This document shows, one piece after another, positions 23,036 through 36,766 of a stretch of DNA of 64,000 nt. Location: assembly GCF_963921235.1 (NCBI RefSeq), contig NC_086108.1, positions 29,204,001 through 29,268,000 on the forward strand, given 5' to 3'. Positions within the stretch are counted from its first letter, which is position 1. The number at the start of each line of letters is the position of its first letter. Both the position numbers and the translations under genes were made by a program. The stretch comes from Mobula hypostoma (taxonomy: Eukaryota). The notes below the pieces were generated by a model, which was given only the letters and a program-made list of their open reading frames with translations, searched no databases and had not been told where the DNA came from.

Positions 23036-25214
23036 TCTGTTACAACACCCCTTTATCCCATGCTGGGAAACAGCTTGGAGGCCTTCCTGACTAAAAAACA
23101 AATACTCTGCAGATCAGGCAGAATTTGTAAAGAAAGGAAGCAGAAAAACATTTAAGTTCTGATGAAAGCATTCCTGTATCTGTAGTAGTTTGCATTGATG
23201 TTACTGAAAATTAGGTCAAATATCCCCAGGATTTCAATTACCCCTTATGATAGCAATAAATATCAGGCACACGGTCATCAGAAATTATAATACAATTTCA
23301 TCAGCACATGAGGCTGGTTATATCTCAGAGTGGGAGATGGAATGAGGGTTTGGGTATTGTAGGTTTCAGATTCTGGAGGATGTCTGCAGAGTTTGGAAAG
23401 TGGGATTTGATTAACTAGAAATCTGTAAATTATTAGGAGTTGCTTGAAGTTGGGGTTACGGAATTGGGGTCTTTTGTCAGATGGTAGTGTGGTCAATTTA
23501 CTGGGGGTGAGAGCCAGGAGAAATGGGTCTGATCAGATGATCGGGGACTTGAACCAGTTGGGGAGATCAAGGTGTGGGATCTGTGGGTGGCAGAGTTAGT
23601 ATTATGGGGAGGTAGTTGTAGGTGTGTGGGAGCTCAGTTGTAGTATTTAGCTGAGTGGGACTCCTGTATAGAGGAGCATTTTGAAATCAGAGCCATTCAG
23701 TGATGGACCATCACTCTTAGATCAATATGGGAATTTTTCAGGGTGTACATCCACTGGTAGGACTATTTGAAAATGCATCAGCTACCAAACTCTTGGCCGG
23801 TATCACGCCCGTGTATTCTCATTAATCTACTCAATTTTATACTCTTCAACCTTTCCAGTTACTGTATTTTTGAAATTCATCGATAATTGTTTCATTACTG
23901 AGTGGTTACAGCCTCCAGCAACCAATCTTTATTCTGAAGGCCTGTTAGTCTTAGACTGGTGTTGCATGGAAAATATGAGTAGTTGTTCCAACTTTGAGGA
24001 GAAACTTCTGTTCTTAAGCACAAGAGCTATATTGGGGGCTGACTCAGGTGAAGAAGATGGCCTGGAGTTGAATCAGCCCTGGTTCAGTCCTTCCACCCCC
24101 AACTTCAATTCTTGCTCACTCCTGTCCATTGATAAGTGAGGAAACTGCCCTACATGAGTGATATCTTATAATTTTCTTGGAGTAAAATTATCGTTAGAAA
24201 AAACATCCCAGCTTCCCTTACCAACACAGCCTTTTGTAGCTTCAAAAAGAATTGACTAATCCAACTTTGTCCTTAAAATTAGCCATGATCTCACGGAATG
24301 GTGTGGCAGGATTATTCTGATATGATTTATCTTCTTGTTTCAGCAGGGACCACAGAAATAGGATTTGGATAAATTTTATATCAACATGAGTCATTGTCTT
24401 TCAATGGAAACACCAGGAAAAGGAAATACTTGAAAGCAACTCCCCCTCCTCTCCTTTGAACTGCTTGTCTTCATGACAACTTATTAATAAAATTACTCAA
24501 CTGTTTCTTTCGGAAGCCTGGCATTAAGGGTGAGAAATTTGTTGGAGGGTTATGCTTTAAAATCAGGTCACAGTGTTGGGCTAAGAAAAGGCTTTGCAAA
24601 AATATTACAGCGACAAATTACATCTATTATTACATCAATTTAGTCCTCTCCCATTTCCTAGCAGATGCGCAATGCTAGTGAAATTTGACTTTTCTTTATC
24701 CATCTGAGAGATTATCTAAAATACCTTAATGAGGAGAGTGGGCAGACATACTACCTGCGTCCAGACTTTGACCAGGTCAGCATTGCAACCTTTTGCTGGG
24801 AGACAAAGCAATAAATAATCTGCTGGAGAAATATCAGTGTCTACTTGTGGGAGGAAAGGAATCGTCAACATTTTGGGTTGAAGCCAAATCTTGATGCAGA
24901 GTTACAACCTGAAACATTGACTGTCTTTTCCTCCCACAGATGCAGATTGATTGTTGCTCCAGATTCCAGCAGTCACAGTCTCTGGTGTCTCGCTAGGAGA
25001 TAAAGAACTGCAACGGTCTTTCCTCCAATATTTTCATCTTTTTCTATTTCTGTACTCCACATAAGAAATTAGAAGTTAAGATGAAGCAAACAGTAGTCAG
25101 GAGAGCAAATATTCGCCAACCATCTTCCTGTTTTGTGCACTGTCCCCCGATCTTCTTGCTCAGATATGTGGAAGAAAATCTTATTGGAATTTATAAGCCT
25201 ATAGACTCCAGGAA

Positions 25215-25487
25215 AGATTTGTTTATGTTTTGAGATCCAGTGCAGAGTAGGCCCTACTGGCCCTTCAAGCCATGCCACCCAGCAACACCCAATTTGATCT
25301 TAGCTTACAATTTACAATGACCAATTAACCTACCAACTGACTTGCCGTTGGACTGCGGGAGGAAACTGGAGCACTCAGAGGAAACCCACATGGTCATGGG
25401 GAGAAAACGTACAAACTCCTTATAGGCAACTGAACCCGGTGGCTGGTACTGTAAATCATTGTGCTAACCATGATGCTACCATGCTGG
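25215..25487 (-). mobile_element. V-SINE (HE1-like)
   Basis: V-domain gggaggaaactggagcactcagaggaaacccac...gtacaaactcc; tRNA-like head at ~25430-25487; CR1-type tail at the left. Confidence 0.8.
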
Positions 25488-25514
25488 GAATAACTAATGG
25501 TTGTTCCCTAAACA

Positions 25515-25695
25515 AGATCCCTTCCCCCTCCTGTCTTTTCCTATCATTCTGGATCTCCTCCTCCCCCTCCCACTTTCAAATCTCTTCTTTCAGTTAGTCC
25601 TGTCGAAGGGTCTCGGCTCGAAACGTCGACTGTACCTCTTCCTAGAGATGCTGCCTGGCCTGCTGCGTTCACCAGCAACTTTTATGTGTGTTGCT
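25515..25695 (+). mobile_element. Penelope pLTR with near-intact hammerhead (core CTGTCGA)
   Basis: tagtc-ctgtcga-agggtctcggctc-gaaa-cgtc-gactg at 25595-25632. Confidence 0.85.
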
Positions 25696-26239
25696 TCAGA
25701 GTCATAATTATAAGGTTAGAGAGAGGTATTTAAATCAGGTGCAGCAACTTCTTTCTTTAGAGGGATGGAATTCTCTGTCTCTGCGGGTATAACCAGAGAT
25801 ATTTAAGATGGTGGTAGATAAGCTCTTAAAAGATGAGGAAACTGAGGACCATGAAGAACTGACATAGAAGAGGAGATGAGGAATGAGGTAGATTGGCTAT
25901 GATTGGCTTGAATGGTAGGACATACTCGAAGGGTTAAGTGGCTTACTCATGTTCCTGTTGTCTTGTGTTCATCTGTAATGGAAAGACTAATCACTCTGCA
26001 ATTTGTGGATAAAAAGGGTGCAAATGAAAACAGATAGACTGGGCAACCAATGGTAGGAATGTAACTTTGCAGAACAAATCTATGACAGGAGCTGCCACAG
26101 CATCTGAGGGGAGCTGCTAACACTGCTCAGGAAATTGGCTCTTGACCATATGGTGCATGAATCACACAAAGGTGAGATTCTGTATTTCCTCCAGTGACAT
26201 CCTCGGAACAGAGGGCGAGAAAGGGAGAAGAACATGAAA

Positions 26240-26475
26240 ACACACAAGAGACGTCAGAGTGGGTTATTGGGGAGAAGCAGGGAGACTGCCAAAGGGACTT
26301 GGATAAGGAGCAGAGAGAACGCCAGAGAGAGCTGGGTAATGGAAAGGGAACTGGATAACGAGCCAGGAGAATTAAAGAGGGAGCTGGCGTATGAGTCAGG
26401 GAGAATTCCAGGGAGAACTGAGGCAAGAGTCAGGGAGAGTACCAGAGTGGTCTGGGGCAAGGAGTCAAGGCTGGT
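26240..26475 (+). repeat. Degenerate purine-rich minisatellite (~33-34-bp period)
   Basis: Units such as agagggagctggcgtatgagtcagggagaattcc / agggagaactgaggcaagagtcagggagagtacc / agagtggtctggggcaaggagtcaagg. Confidence 0.6.
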
Positions 26476-26579
26476 GCAAGTGGGAGATGTAGACTGTAAG
26501 AGCTTCCAAAGTTTCGTAAAAAAAAGAAAAAAATCGATACAGAGATGGGAATATTTATCATGTCAAGCTCTCTGAATTA

Positions 26580-27700
26580 TTTAGTGTGCTTCCACAGGGT
26601 GAATGCTCCACATTCCCCATCAGCACAGACTCACCACAAATTGTGTGCTTAACCCCAACTCTACTCATTTTATACCTATGACTGTGTGGCGAAGCACAGT
26701 TTCAATGCCATAATTAAGTTTGCTGACAACACCACTGTCGTTGGCCAAATCAAAAGTGGTGACGAGTCAGCATACAGGAGAGAAATTAAAAATCTGCTAA
26801 GTGGTACTACAACAACCTCTCACTCAATGTCAACAAGACTAAGGAGCTGATTATTAACTTCAGGAGGAGGAAACCGGATGTGCATGAACCAGTCCTCATC
26901 CGGAGATCAGAGGTGGACAGGGGCAGGGACTTCAAATTCTATCATTTATCATTTCAGAGGATTTGTCCTTGGCCCAGCACATAAGTGCAATTATGAAGAA
27001 AGCACGGCAGCACCTCTACTTCCTTGGAAGTTTGTGAAGATTTGGCATGTCATCTAAAACTTTGACAAGCTTCCATAGATGTGTAGTGACTTGCTGTATC
27101 ACAGCCTGGTATGGAAACACCAATGCCCTTAGAATGGAAAATCCTACAAAAAGGAGTAGGTATGAACCAGTCCATCATGGGTGAAGTCCTACCCATCATT
27201 GAGCATAGCTACATGGAGCACTGTCATAGGAAAGCAACAACTATCATCAGGGGCCCCCACCACCCAGGCCATGCTTTCTTCTCGTGGCTGCCATCAGTAG
27301 GAAGGTGCAGGAGCCTTAGGACTCACACAACCAGGTTCAGGAACAGTTATTACCCCTCAACCATTGTGCTCTTGAACCAGTGGGGATAATTACACTCAAC
27401 TTTACTTCCTCCATCACTGAACTGTTCCACAACCTATGGACTCACTTTCAAGGACTCTTCATCTTATGTTCTCAATATTTATTGCTTATTTATTTATTGT
27501 TATTTCTTTTGTTTTCCTTTTTTATTTGCAGTTTGTTGTCTTCTGCACATTGGTTGTTAGACCGTCTTGTTGGGTGTGGTCTGTCATTATGTTTCTTGCA
27601 TTTACTGTGTATACTTGCAAGAAAACAAATCTCAGGGATGTATTTGGTGACATCCAGCATATCTACTTTGATAATAAATTTATTTTGAACTTGGAACCTT
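26580..27700 (+). mobile_element. Rex/Babar-like LINE 3' half
   Basis: KFADNTTVVG, KTKELII, HPGHAFFSWLPS.GR..SLRTHTTRFRNSYYPST; tail actttgataataaatttattttgaact. Confidence 0.85.
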
Positions 27701-29164
27701 GAATGAGGTTAGGTATGAGTGAAGAGGGGAGTGTTGTGCAGCAACATTCACATGCACACTTTATCAAACACTGTCTAGCTGCTGCTATAGGACAGCACTT
27801 CCAATAAAAAGCATTGGCATATTTCTCTAAGGCTGTACTAGGTAGCTCTTGTGATGGGCAGGATACTGCTCGAAGCCAAAATACCGTATGTTGTTGCTTT
27901 GCCTTTCACTCTGTGGGACTGCATCACCCAGATAGAAACAATTCATTAAAACCACATCCTGCAGATTGACGACTAATGTTGGTGGCTCTGAATTATGCGG
28001 ATTATAAATACTTATGTGCACAGTGTGATGACTCAGTCCCACCCACAGCACACTCACTGCTGTACCCGTGTTGAGCCCACACAGGCCCCATTATAGATAA
28101 GTGCACAACAGCTTGATTCGATTGTTGTGAGTTGAAGGATGCATGTCGTGCACTTAACAGTCAGCAGGGCAATTGGTAATATTTTAAATTATTAGCAGCA
28201 TTCAGCAGACCCAAGAAAATTAAATTTACCCTCAAAGCAATCTGTCTTTTTCCAGCTACAACATTTACATAACAGAGCCTCAAGTACAAACAGCAGATAT
28301 TGCAAAAATAAAATTATATTAGCAATATCTTAAAGGCTATATTCTTCAAATATTTTATTAAACACTTAATTTTAAAGGCATGATAATTAAGCATTCTAAA
28401 AGGTATGCTTTGTTCTTGGGGCACTCTGAAAAACAGATGCTGCTTTTCAATCAATTATTCAGTTTCTTTAGGGGATGTGAAATGGGAAATTAAAGTCAAG
28501 AAGTGTTTCTGTTTCTCTGCTCTCAAACTAGGGGTCAATGTTTCAAGTGCTTAATTGTGAAGTCAGACTGCACAGAAGTAGGCCGCTCAGCCCATTATAT
28601 CCATGCATGCTCTTTGAAAGCTATCTAGTCTCCATCTCCTATGTTCTTTTGTATACAGCTCTGTAAATATTTTTTAATACTTTAACAATTTTTTTGAAAA
28701 TTATTGGTGAATCCATTACCACCAATCTTTTACCAATTACCCTGACTGAGCAATAAATATTCTAATCCATTGCAACACCCAGCCTTGCCTCATGTTCCCT
28801 TGTTGCAAACTCACTCACAAGGAAGAACAATTCAAACCCTTCATAGTTTTGCACACCTATATTAAGTGCTTTCTTACTTCCGTGGATCGAAGGAATGTAG
28901 AACCAGTGTCTCCAGCCTCTTCACATAACTGAATTCTTTGCTCCCGAGCTATTAAATTCCCTCTGACCTTCCCACGAGGTGTTGGCATGCTTTCAAAGGT
29001 AAGGTGCCCAAATTTAGATGTAGTAGTCTAGCATGAAGCCCGGAGAGTGATTTTTGAAAGAAGACATTCAGAATCAGGTTTATTTTCACTGACATATATT
29101 GTGAATTTTGTTGCTTTGCAGCGGCAGTGCAGAGCAATACATGAAAAAATAACCATGTTACAAA

Positions 29165-30062
29165 ACTCTACTCTCAACACCCACGGCTGTGTGGCTAGTC
29201 ACAGCTCAAGTGTCATCTATAAAATTGTCGATGACAACTATTGGCAGAATTTCAGATGAGGATGAGGAGGTGTACAGGTATGAGATAGACCATCTGGTTG
29301 ACTGGTGTTCCAACAACAACCTTGCACTCATGTCTGTAATACCAAGGAATTGATTGTGGACTTCGGGAAGAGGAAGGCAAGAGAACACACACTAGTCCTC
29401 ATCAAGGGATCAGCAGTGAAAAGGGTGAGCAGTTTCAAGTTCCTGGGAGTCAACATCTCTGAAGATCTATCCTGGGCCCAACATATTGATGCAATTGTAA
29501 AGAAGGCATGACAATATTTACATTTTATTAGGAGTTTGAGGAACATTGGTATGATACCAAAGACTCTCGCAAATTTCTACAGATGTACGGTGGAGAGCAT
29601 TCTAACTGGTTGCGTCACTGGTATGAAGGGGCCACACAGGATTGGAAGAAGCTGCAGAAAGTTGCAAACTCAGCCATCTCCATCATTGCACTAGCCTCCC
29701 CAGATCCAGGACACTTTGAAAAGGCAGCACCCGTTATTGAGGATCCCCTTCACCCAGGACATGTCCTCTTCTTGTTGCTACCATCAAGGAGGAGCTACAG
29801 GAGCCTGGAAGCACACACTCAACACTTCAGGAACAGCTTCTTTCCCTCCACCATCAGACCTCCAAATGAAAATGACCCCACGTACACAAACTCAATTTTT
29901 TTCTTTTCTCTTTGCTCTCTTTTTGCACTATTATTTAACCTCCAGTACATTTCTTATTGTAAATTATAGATTTTAATTTTCATGTATTGCAATGTAGTGC
30001 TGCTACAAAACTGCACATTTCACAACTCAAGCCGGTGATATTAATTCAGATTCTGATTCTGA
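29165..30062 (+). mobile_element. Rex/Babar-like LINE 3' half with (TTCTGA)n tail
   Basis: NTKELIVDF, FKFLGVNISEDLSW, HPGHVLFLLLPS, FRNSFFPST; tail attctgattctga. Confidence 0.85.
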
Positions 30063-30264
30063 AAAATAAGTAATAGTGCTAAGCCAAATAAAGAGGCGTG
30101 CTTTTTTAAGAATTTACCAACTTGTGCCACGTTGAAAAACTTTTACCCCTGTTTAAGCATGTCCTACATCCTCTTCAAAGTTATATTGAGGACTGTATTT
30201 TATTTAGATTATTGGTTTATTAAATAGGTTAATGTACACACAGTGGAGAAGTTTGAAGTGAATA

Positions 30265-32852
30265 TGGAACATAGAACATTACAACACAGTAGAGGACCTA
30301 CATCTCACGGTGTTGTGCTGACTTTTTAACCTACTTTAAGATCAATCTAATGCTTCTCTCCATTTTTCTATCATCCATGTGCCTACCTATGAGGTTCTTT
30401 AATGCCCCTACCAATATTGTGGCAGGGCGTTCCATGCTCTCCGTGAAAAGAACTTACCTCTGAAATCCCCCCATGCTTTTCGCCAATCACACTAAAATTA
30501 CATCCCTTTTCCACCGTGGGAACAAGTGCCTGGTTCCCCATTCTATCTCTGCCTCTTATCATCTTGTACACCTGTATCAGGTCACCTCTCATTCTCCTTT
30601 GCTCCAAAGAGAGCTTCATGAGATATGCACTCTTGTCCAGGCAGCATTTTGGTAAATCCCTGCACCCTCCCTAAAGCTTCCACATCCTTCCTATAATGAG
30701 GTGACCACAACTGAACACAACATTCCAAGTGTGGTCTAACCAGGTTTTATGGAGCTGTAACATTACCCTTCAGCTCTTAAACTCAATCCCCTGAAGGCGA
30801 ACACTCCATATATCTTCTTAACAACCCTATCAACTTGTGTGGCAACCCCAAGATCCCTCTGTTCCTCCACACAACTCAAAGTTCTACCAATAACCCAGTA
30901 TTCTGCCTTCAAATTCAATCTTCCAAATTGAAACACTTCACACTTTTCTGGTTTGAACTCCATCTGCCACTTCCCAGCCCAGCTTTGCATCCTATTAATT
31001 GCAAACTTTAACAACCCTCCACATTATCCATATTTTCACCAACCTTTGTGTTATCTGAAAACCCATTAACCACCTCATCATATGTCATTTATAAAATTCA
31101 CAAAGAGCGGTGGCCCCAGAACAGAGTTCTGCAGAACACCAGGCAAAATACTTTCCATCTACCACCTGCCTCTGCCCCTGTGGACCGGCCAATTCTATCC
31201 ACAGCCAGTTTTGCTTGGTTCCCATGCCTTCTGGCTTTCTGAATGAACCTACCATGGGGAACCTTACCAAATGTCTTATTAAAATCCATATACACCTTAT
31301 CCACTGCTCTATTTTCATCAATCTGCTTTGTCGCATCCTCAAAGAATTTGATCAGGTTTGTGAGGCATGACCTGCCCCTCACAAAGTCATGCTGATTATC
31401 CCAAATCAGGCTATACTTTTCCAATGCTCATAAATCCTGTCCCCAGGAATCCTCTCCAATGATTTGCTCACCACTGTAGTAAGACTCACGGAAGTAAGAT
31501 AACCTTTCCCAGGGTTATCATTACTCTCTTTCTTGAACAAAGGAATGACATATTCCCCCTGTCCATATCCAATCACCTGTTACTACTCCTATGGCCAGTG
31601 AAGATGTAAAGATCATCGTCAGAGAGGTAGCGATCTCTTTCCTTTCCTTCACATAGTACTTCACATACAGTATGTCCCCAGGGGCTTAAGTATCTATCCT
31701 AATATTTTGCAAAATTTATAACAATCCTCTTTTTTAGCGTTATATTTCTCAAAATGTTCGAGCACATTAGTCTGTTTTACACTGTCCTCACAACTGTCAA
31801 GTTCCCTCTCACTGGTGAATATTGAAACTAAGAACCTCCCCCTATGTCCTTCAACTCCAGGCACATATCTCCTCTACTATCCCTAATCGGTTCTACTCTG
31901 TCTGTCCTCCTGTTCTCTACGTATGTGTAGAATACTTTGGGGTTTTCTTTAATCCTATTGCCAAAACCTTCCTATGCCCCATTCTAGCTCACCTACATCC
32001 ATTCTTCAGCTCCGTCCTGGTTACCCTGTAACTGTCCAGAACCCTGCCAGATCCTTGTTTCCTAAAATAAACTCGTTTCTTCCTCTTGACTAGATGCTCC
32101 ACATCGCTTGTCAATCATGGTTCCTTCACCTTACCATTCTTTCCCTGACTCAATGGAATATATCTATCCAGAATCTACAGCAAGTGCTCATTAGATACCC
32201 TCCACATTTCCATTGTGCATTTTCAGGAGTACATCTGTTCCCAGTTTATGATCCTATGCTCCTGTATAATAGCATCATAATTTACCCTCTCCCAATTAAC
32301 TACTTTCCCATAAGCATGTTCTCTTATCCCTCTCCAAGGTTATCGTAAAGGTCAGGGAGCTGTGGTCACTCTTTCTGAAATGCTTTCCCACTGACACATG
32401 ACCTAGTTCATTGCCTAGTCAATATGGCCTCTCTTCTAGATGGCCTGTCTACATGCTTTGTCAGGCATCCTTTCTGGACATGCCTAACAAATTCTGCCCT
32501 GTCCAATCTTTTGCACGGAGGAGATGCCAATCATTATTGGGCATGCTGCAGTCCCTATGACAACAGCTCTGTTATTTTTGCACCTTTCCAAAATCTGCCT
32601 CACGATCTGTTTCTCAGTCCTATTAGATACTTCCAATAGTATACTTCCAATTGCTCCCTTCCAGCTTCTGAATTCCATCCACACTTGGTGGACAATGCCT
32701 CCACGATGTATCCCCTTTCTCAGCTGTGATACTATCCCTCTGATCTCTTTTACCTCCTTTCCTGCTCCTCTTAAAACATCTAAACCTCAGAACACCCAGC
32801 AGCCATTCCTGAAGTTGTGACATCCAAGTCCCCGGAATGGCCACAACATAAG
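30265..32852 (-). mobile_element. Old degenerate CR1 (EN and RT remnants)
   Basis: QHDFVRGRSCLTNLIKFFED, KWQMEFKPEKCEV, QRDLGV, SLEQRRMRGDLIQVYK; tail aacatagaacatt. Confidence 0.85.
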
Positions 32853-33806
32853 TGTAAGTGCTCCTTACACTTTTAATACTAATTGATTCCAATCCTTTGG
32901 GATTCTTGAATTTTTTAGTCAATAAGACCACACACCAGAAAGATCTCAGTTTCTATGATTTGGACTCCTGTGTGTCATGCAGACTGTTACAGGATGAATG
33001 TGAAAAACATCAGTGTGTTGTACATGTATTACCACAAAAGTACTCGATGCTTTCAGGAGTGTGTTCTAGATTGGGTTATCAAGCACGCATGAATTCATCT
33101 GAGAAAATGTTAAATCTGGGAGATAAATGCAAAATGCATTGTTGTGCTACCTGATTGTCTAAGAGTTCCATTCAAGGTTAGCAAGAAGTAATAGTGGAAT
33201 AAGATAGATGGAAGTGCTCTAGAAGCTAGCATGAAGTTGGTGGAGCAAATGGCCTTCTATTTTGTAAGTATGGCAATATGATTCCACGCCAGTCTGCAAG
33301 TAGATCACTAACCCTACCATTATGGTCTGGCATAAAGATCAATCTCGTTTAGTGTGTTTGGAAAGACGTGTTGAGATTTTGGCTGGAGATCCTTCAGTGA
33401 CCCAAAACATTAACTGCCTCTTTCCCTCCATAGATGCTGCCTGGCCTATTAAGTTCCTTTGGTCTTTTGTATGTCATTCAAGCTTCCAACATCTGCTGTC
33501 TCTTGTACCTCCATCTGGAAAGACATTCAACTTCACTTGCCCCATCACTGAACTGTTCACCCAACCTATGGACTCAATTTCAAGGACTCTTCATCTCATG
33601 ATTATAATATTCATTTCTTATTTGTTCATTATCATTATTATTATTTCTTTTATTTCTTTCTGTTTGTATTTGCACTATTTGTTGTCTTTTGCACATTGGT
33701 TGTCTGCCCTGTTGGTCTGGTCTTTCCTCAATTCTATGATGATTATTGGATTTATTGAGTATGATTGCAAGAAAGTGAATCTCGGGGTTGTATATGGTGG
33801 CATATA

Positions 33807-34170
33807 CAGTACTGTGCAAAAGTTTTAGGCATATATATATAAAGAGGGTGCTGAAGGCTTTTGCATAGTACTGTATTTGTCAATGTGGAGCACAGACACA
33901 CCCAGCCCTGAGACACCAGGCAAGGTCATTTGGTTCCAAATGATGGGTTTATTGATCATTACAGAATGCCTCTCTGGGGCTTCCCACTCCCTCCCTCTTC
34001 CCTTCCCCTTTTCCCAACCATCTCCCTTCCCCCTTAACAATAGAGACCTATGTGAGAATTAAGTTTACCCTCACACACATGTCATGTTTTTTTTTACGGT
34101 AGCAATACGTAAGACCGTGCAAAAGTCTTAGGCACCCTAGCTGTGTGTATATATATATATATATATATAT
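33807..34170. mobile_element. Tc1/mariner-type MITE nested in a Rex tail
   Basis: TA-cagtactgtgcaaaagttttaggca pairs with gcttttgcatagtactg-TA (33807-33873); a further TIR copy gtgcaaaagtcttaggca at ~34117; (TA)n. Confidence 0.7.
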
Positions 34171-34351
34171 GCCCGATTTTTGTTTGTTATCGTATATACT
34201 TGGATAATAAATTTACATTGCACTTTGAAGTTTTGAACTACAGTACATGAGGGAGGCAGTACCAGACTAACCTGAAACTAAGTTCCCAGACCTGATAATG
34301 ATACAATGCTGCACTGTGTGTGCATTAAATGTAAACAACATGTAGTAAGCA

Positions 34352-34553
34352 AAAACAAGAGAAAATCTGCAGATGCTGGAAACCCGAGCAGCACACACAA
34401 AATACTGGAGGAACTCAGCAGACCAGGCTGTAACTCGGAAAAGAGTGCAGTCAACATTTTGGGCCTGCTGGAGGGTTTTGGCCTGAAATGTCGACTGTAC
34501 TCTTTTCCTAGATGCTGCCTGGTCTGCTGAGTTCCTCCAGCATTTTGTGTGTG
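34352..34553. mobile_element. Penelope pLTR-derived inverted hairpin unit
   Basis: 37-bp near-perfect arms at 34392-34428 and 34517-34553; decayed hammerhead at ~34462-34497. Confidence 0.85.
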
Positions 34554-36007
34554 ATGCAATAAATAAAACTAGGACAACAAATGATCAGAACACTGATTCA
34601 GTTTTAGAACATGTAGCAAATCATTTTATATAAACTTTGTAAAGTTATGGTAATTGGTGAATTCAGGGTTCAAATCTTTGCTTGATATTTCTTTAAATAT
34701 TCACCTTAGCTGAATAATATATTGCATAGAACAAACTTATCAAACTTTTAAATACTCAGGAGAAAAACTTGCTGGGCTTTTAACTCTCAGTACAGGCTAT
34801 AACAAGCTCTGCAAATGATAGTAGTTCTCTGTTAAAGGGAATATTAAATATGCTATCTCCCCATGAGTCATATCAAATATGGCCTGACTTCCAATTGAGA
34901 TTTGTCATTCAGAAATGAGCAAAGAGTATTGTTCTTTTTTAACTCCACAAACAAATGCCCTTAAGTTAAACACAAACTAAGTTAGATTTATATCAAGAGC
35001 CAGATTTTACTTAGTAGATGTCTCATCTGTTAATAAATTATATTAACCCTAAAGGCATACAGTAGGAACTGTGTTCATGAAAGCATGGATTGTCACAACC
35101 TATGGACTTGAGAAAACAAAACTCAGGATTGTATATGGTGACAAATATGTATTTTAATAATAAATTTACTTTGAGAAACTTGTGAATATGAAATTTTATT
35201 TGGTGAGTTTTTTATTGCAAATGTTCAACAGTAAACATAAGATCTAGAAAGAATTTTAATGCAAACAGTAAGTAATCTAAAAGTTCCTTTATTAATTATT
35301 GTACAAATATTTGCTGTGTATGGATGCTTGCTCAATTAGCCTAGTTACTTGCGAGGTTAACTCAAATGTTTTGGCAATTAGCTTACAAAAATATTTGTAC
35401 AATTGCTTGCACAATTAGCATTCCAATGTCTGACCAATTAGTATACAGATGTGTGCAGTTATGCACAAAAAAGGACTTTTAAGGTATTTCTCCGTCATTA
35501 GAACATGTAATATTTTTATCACAGTGCAAATGATAATTTGGATTTTATCTGTAAAGGCCTGCAATTTTGTCCTGAATTGCTGGCATTTCACTGCAGCTGC
35601 ATTTGGGACCTAAACTCAGCAGCTGAGCTGGATCTTGCTGAGATTTTTGTGAGCTTCAGTTTGAAAATCTGTTATCAAGTTTGCTACTCCTTAATTCGAA
35701 TGAGGATTGTAGGTTTGTCAGGAAGTAAAAGGAGATAATAGAGAAAGTTTGCCTCTTTAGAAAATATTTATTGTTTGTTTAATGGTTTTTAATTATTTTG
35801 GAATAGTTTACGTTTTCAAGTTCCTTTCATTTATTTATCTGAAGGCATTTGTTTGAAAGTATATTTTTCATTTTTATACTGTTTTCAATTATGTTGAACA
35901 TCAGAAAGTGCAGATGTGTGTGGTGTCAATGTTAGTAATACCTTGCCAATAAGATCTCAGTGCCTACTTTTTAACTTCTAAGTATAACACCCTGTTAAAA
36001 TTTTTCC

Positions 36008-36766
36008 TGCTATGCTGTAGGTATTTCATTTTAGCATTTCTGCAAAAGCAGTGTATTCTGCTTTTAGGATGTTTGGTTTCAGCTAAATAATAGGAACAAC
36101 TTAGGAAGGTTGTGTCAGCCAATCAGGATGGTGGAATGGGGAGAAAGTTGAAGAGAGGGCAGAAAGAGACCTGTGATTGTAGTGTGGTCCGCAGGTGTTT
36201 ATTTTTTGGAGGGAGCTGTGGAAAGGACAGAAGGGAAGATGGCTGAGGATGAAGTGGGAAGGAGCGTCCCCATTGTACAAGGTGCTTTGTGCAGATGAAT
36301 GAATGCACGGACGAAGGGGCAATACTCCCAAGAGAGTGCCCACTTGTTCAAAATGGATTTTGAGCGAAGTTTGGAATGTGGGGTGTGTGTTCAATGATGT
36401 GCACATTTAGACTGGTTTAACTTTAATGGGCCCTTTTTTCCCTTCTCCTTTTCCTACTAACAGTTTGATAAAGCTAAAGTTTGTAAATATACTTTCTTTA
36501 TAATTTTATGCGGTGTACGATTTGTTATTTCTTGCGGACTGACAATTCTGAATGGGCAGAATTTATGTAGCATTTGCTCAAATCGAGGTTTCTTTAATCT
36601 GGAACATCACAGCCTACCTGTTTAGTTGAACCCCAAATCATACCGATCCTAGACGCCTATTGTTTATGAAAGGTGGCCTTCTCACTGCTGAGTACTTGTA
36701 GCTGTCAGCAGAGCTGGCTAACGAGCCAAGTTTCCATATGAGCTCGATGAGGGGGCTTTATTAGCA
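36008..36766 (+). mobile_element. Probable solo LTR
   Basis: TGCTA...TAGCA termini, 4-bp flanks ttcc/ttgc, CCAAT at ~36119; orientation tentative. Confidence 0.6.

Noticed and set aside
23870..24139. 89-aa ORF with possible splice sites
   Set aside because: No recognisable domain and weak splice signals.
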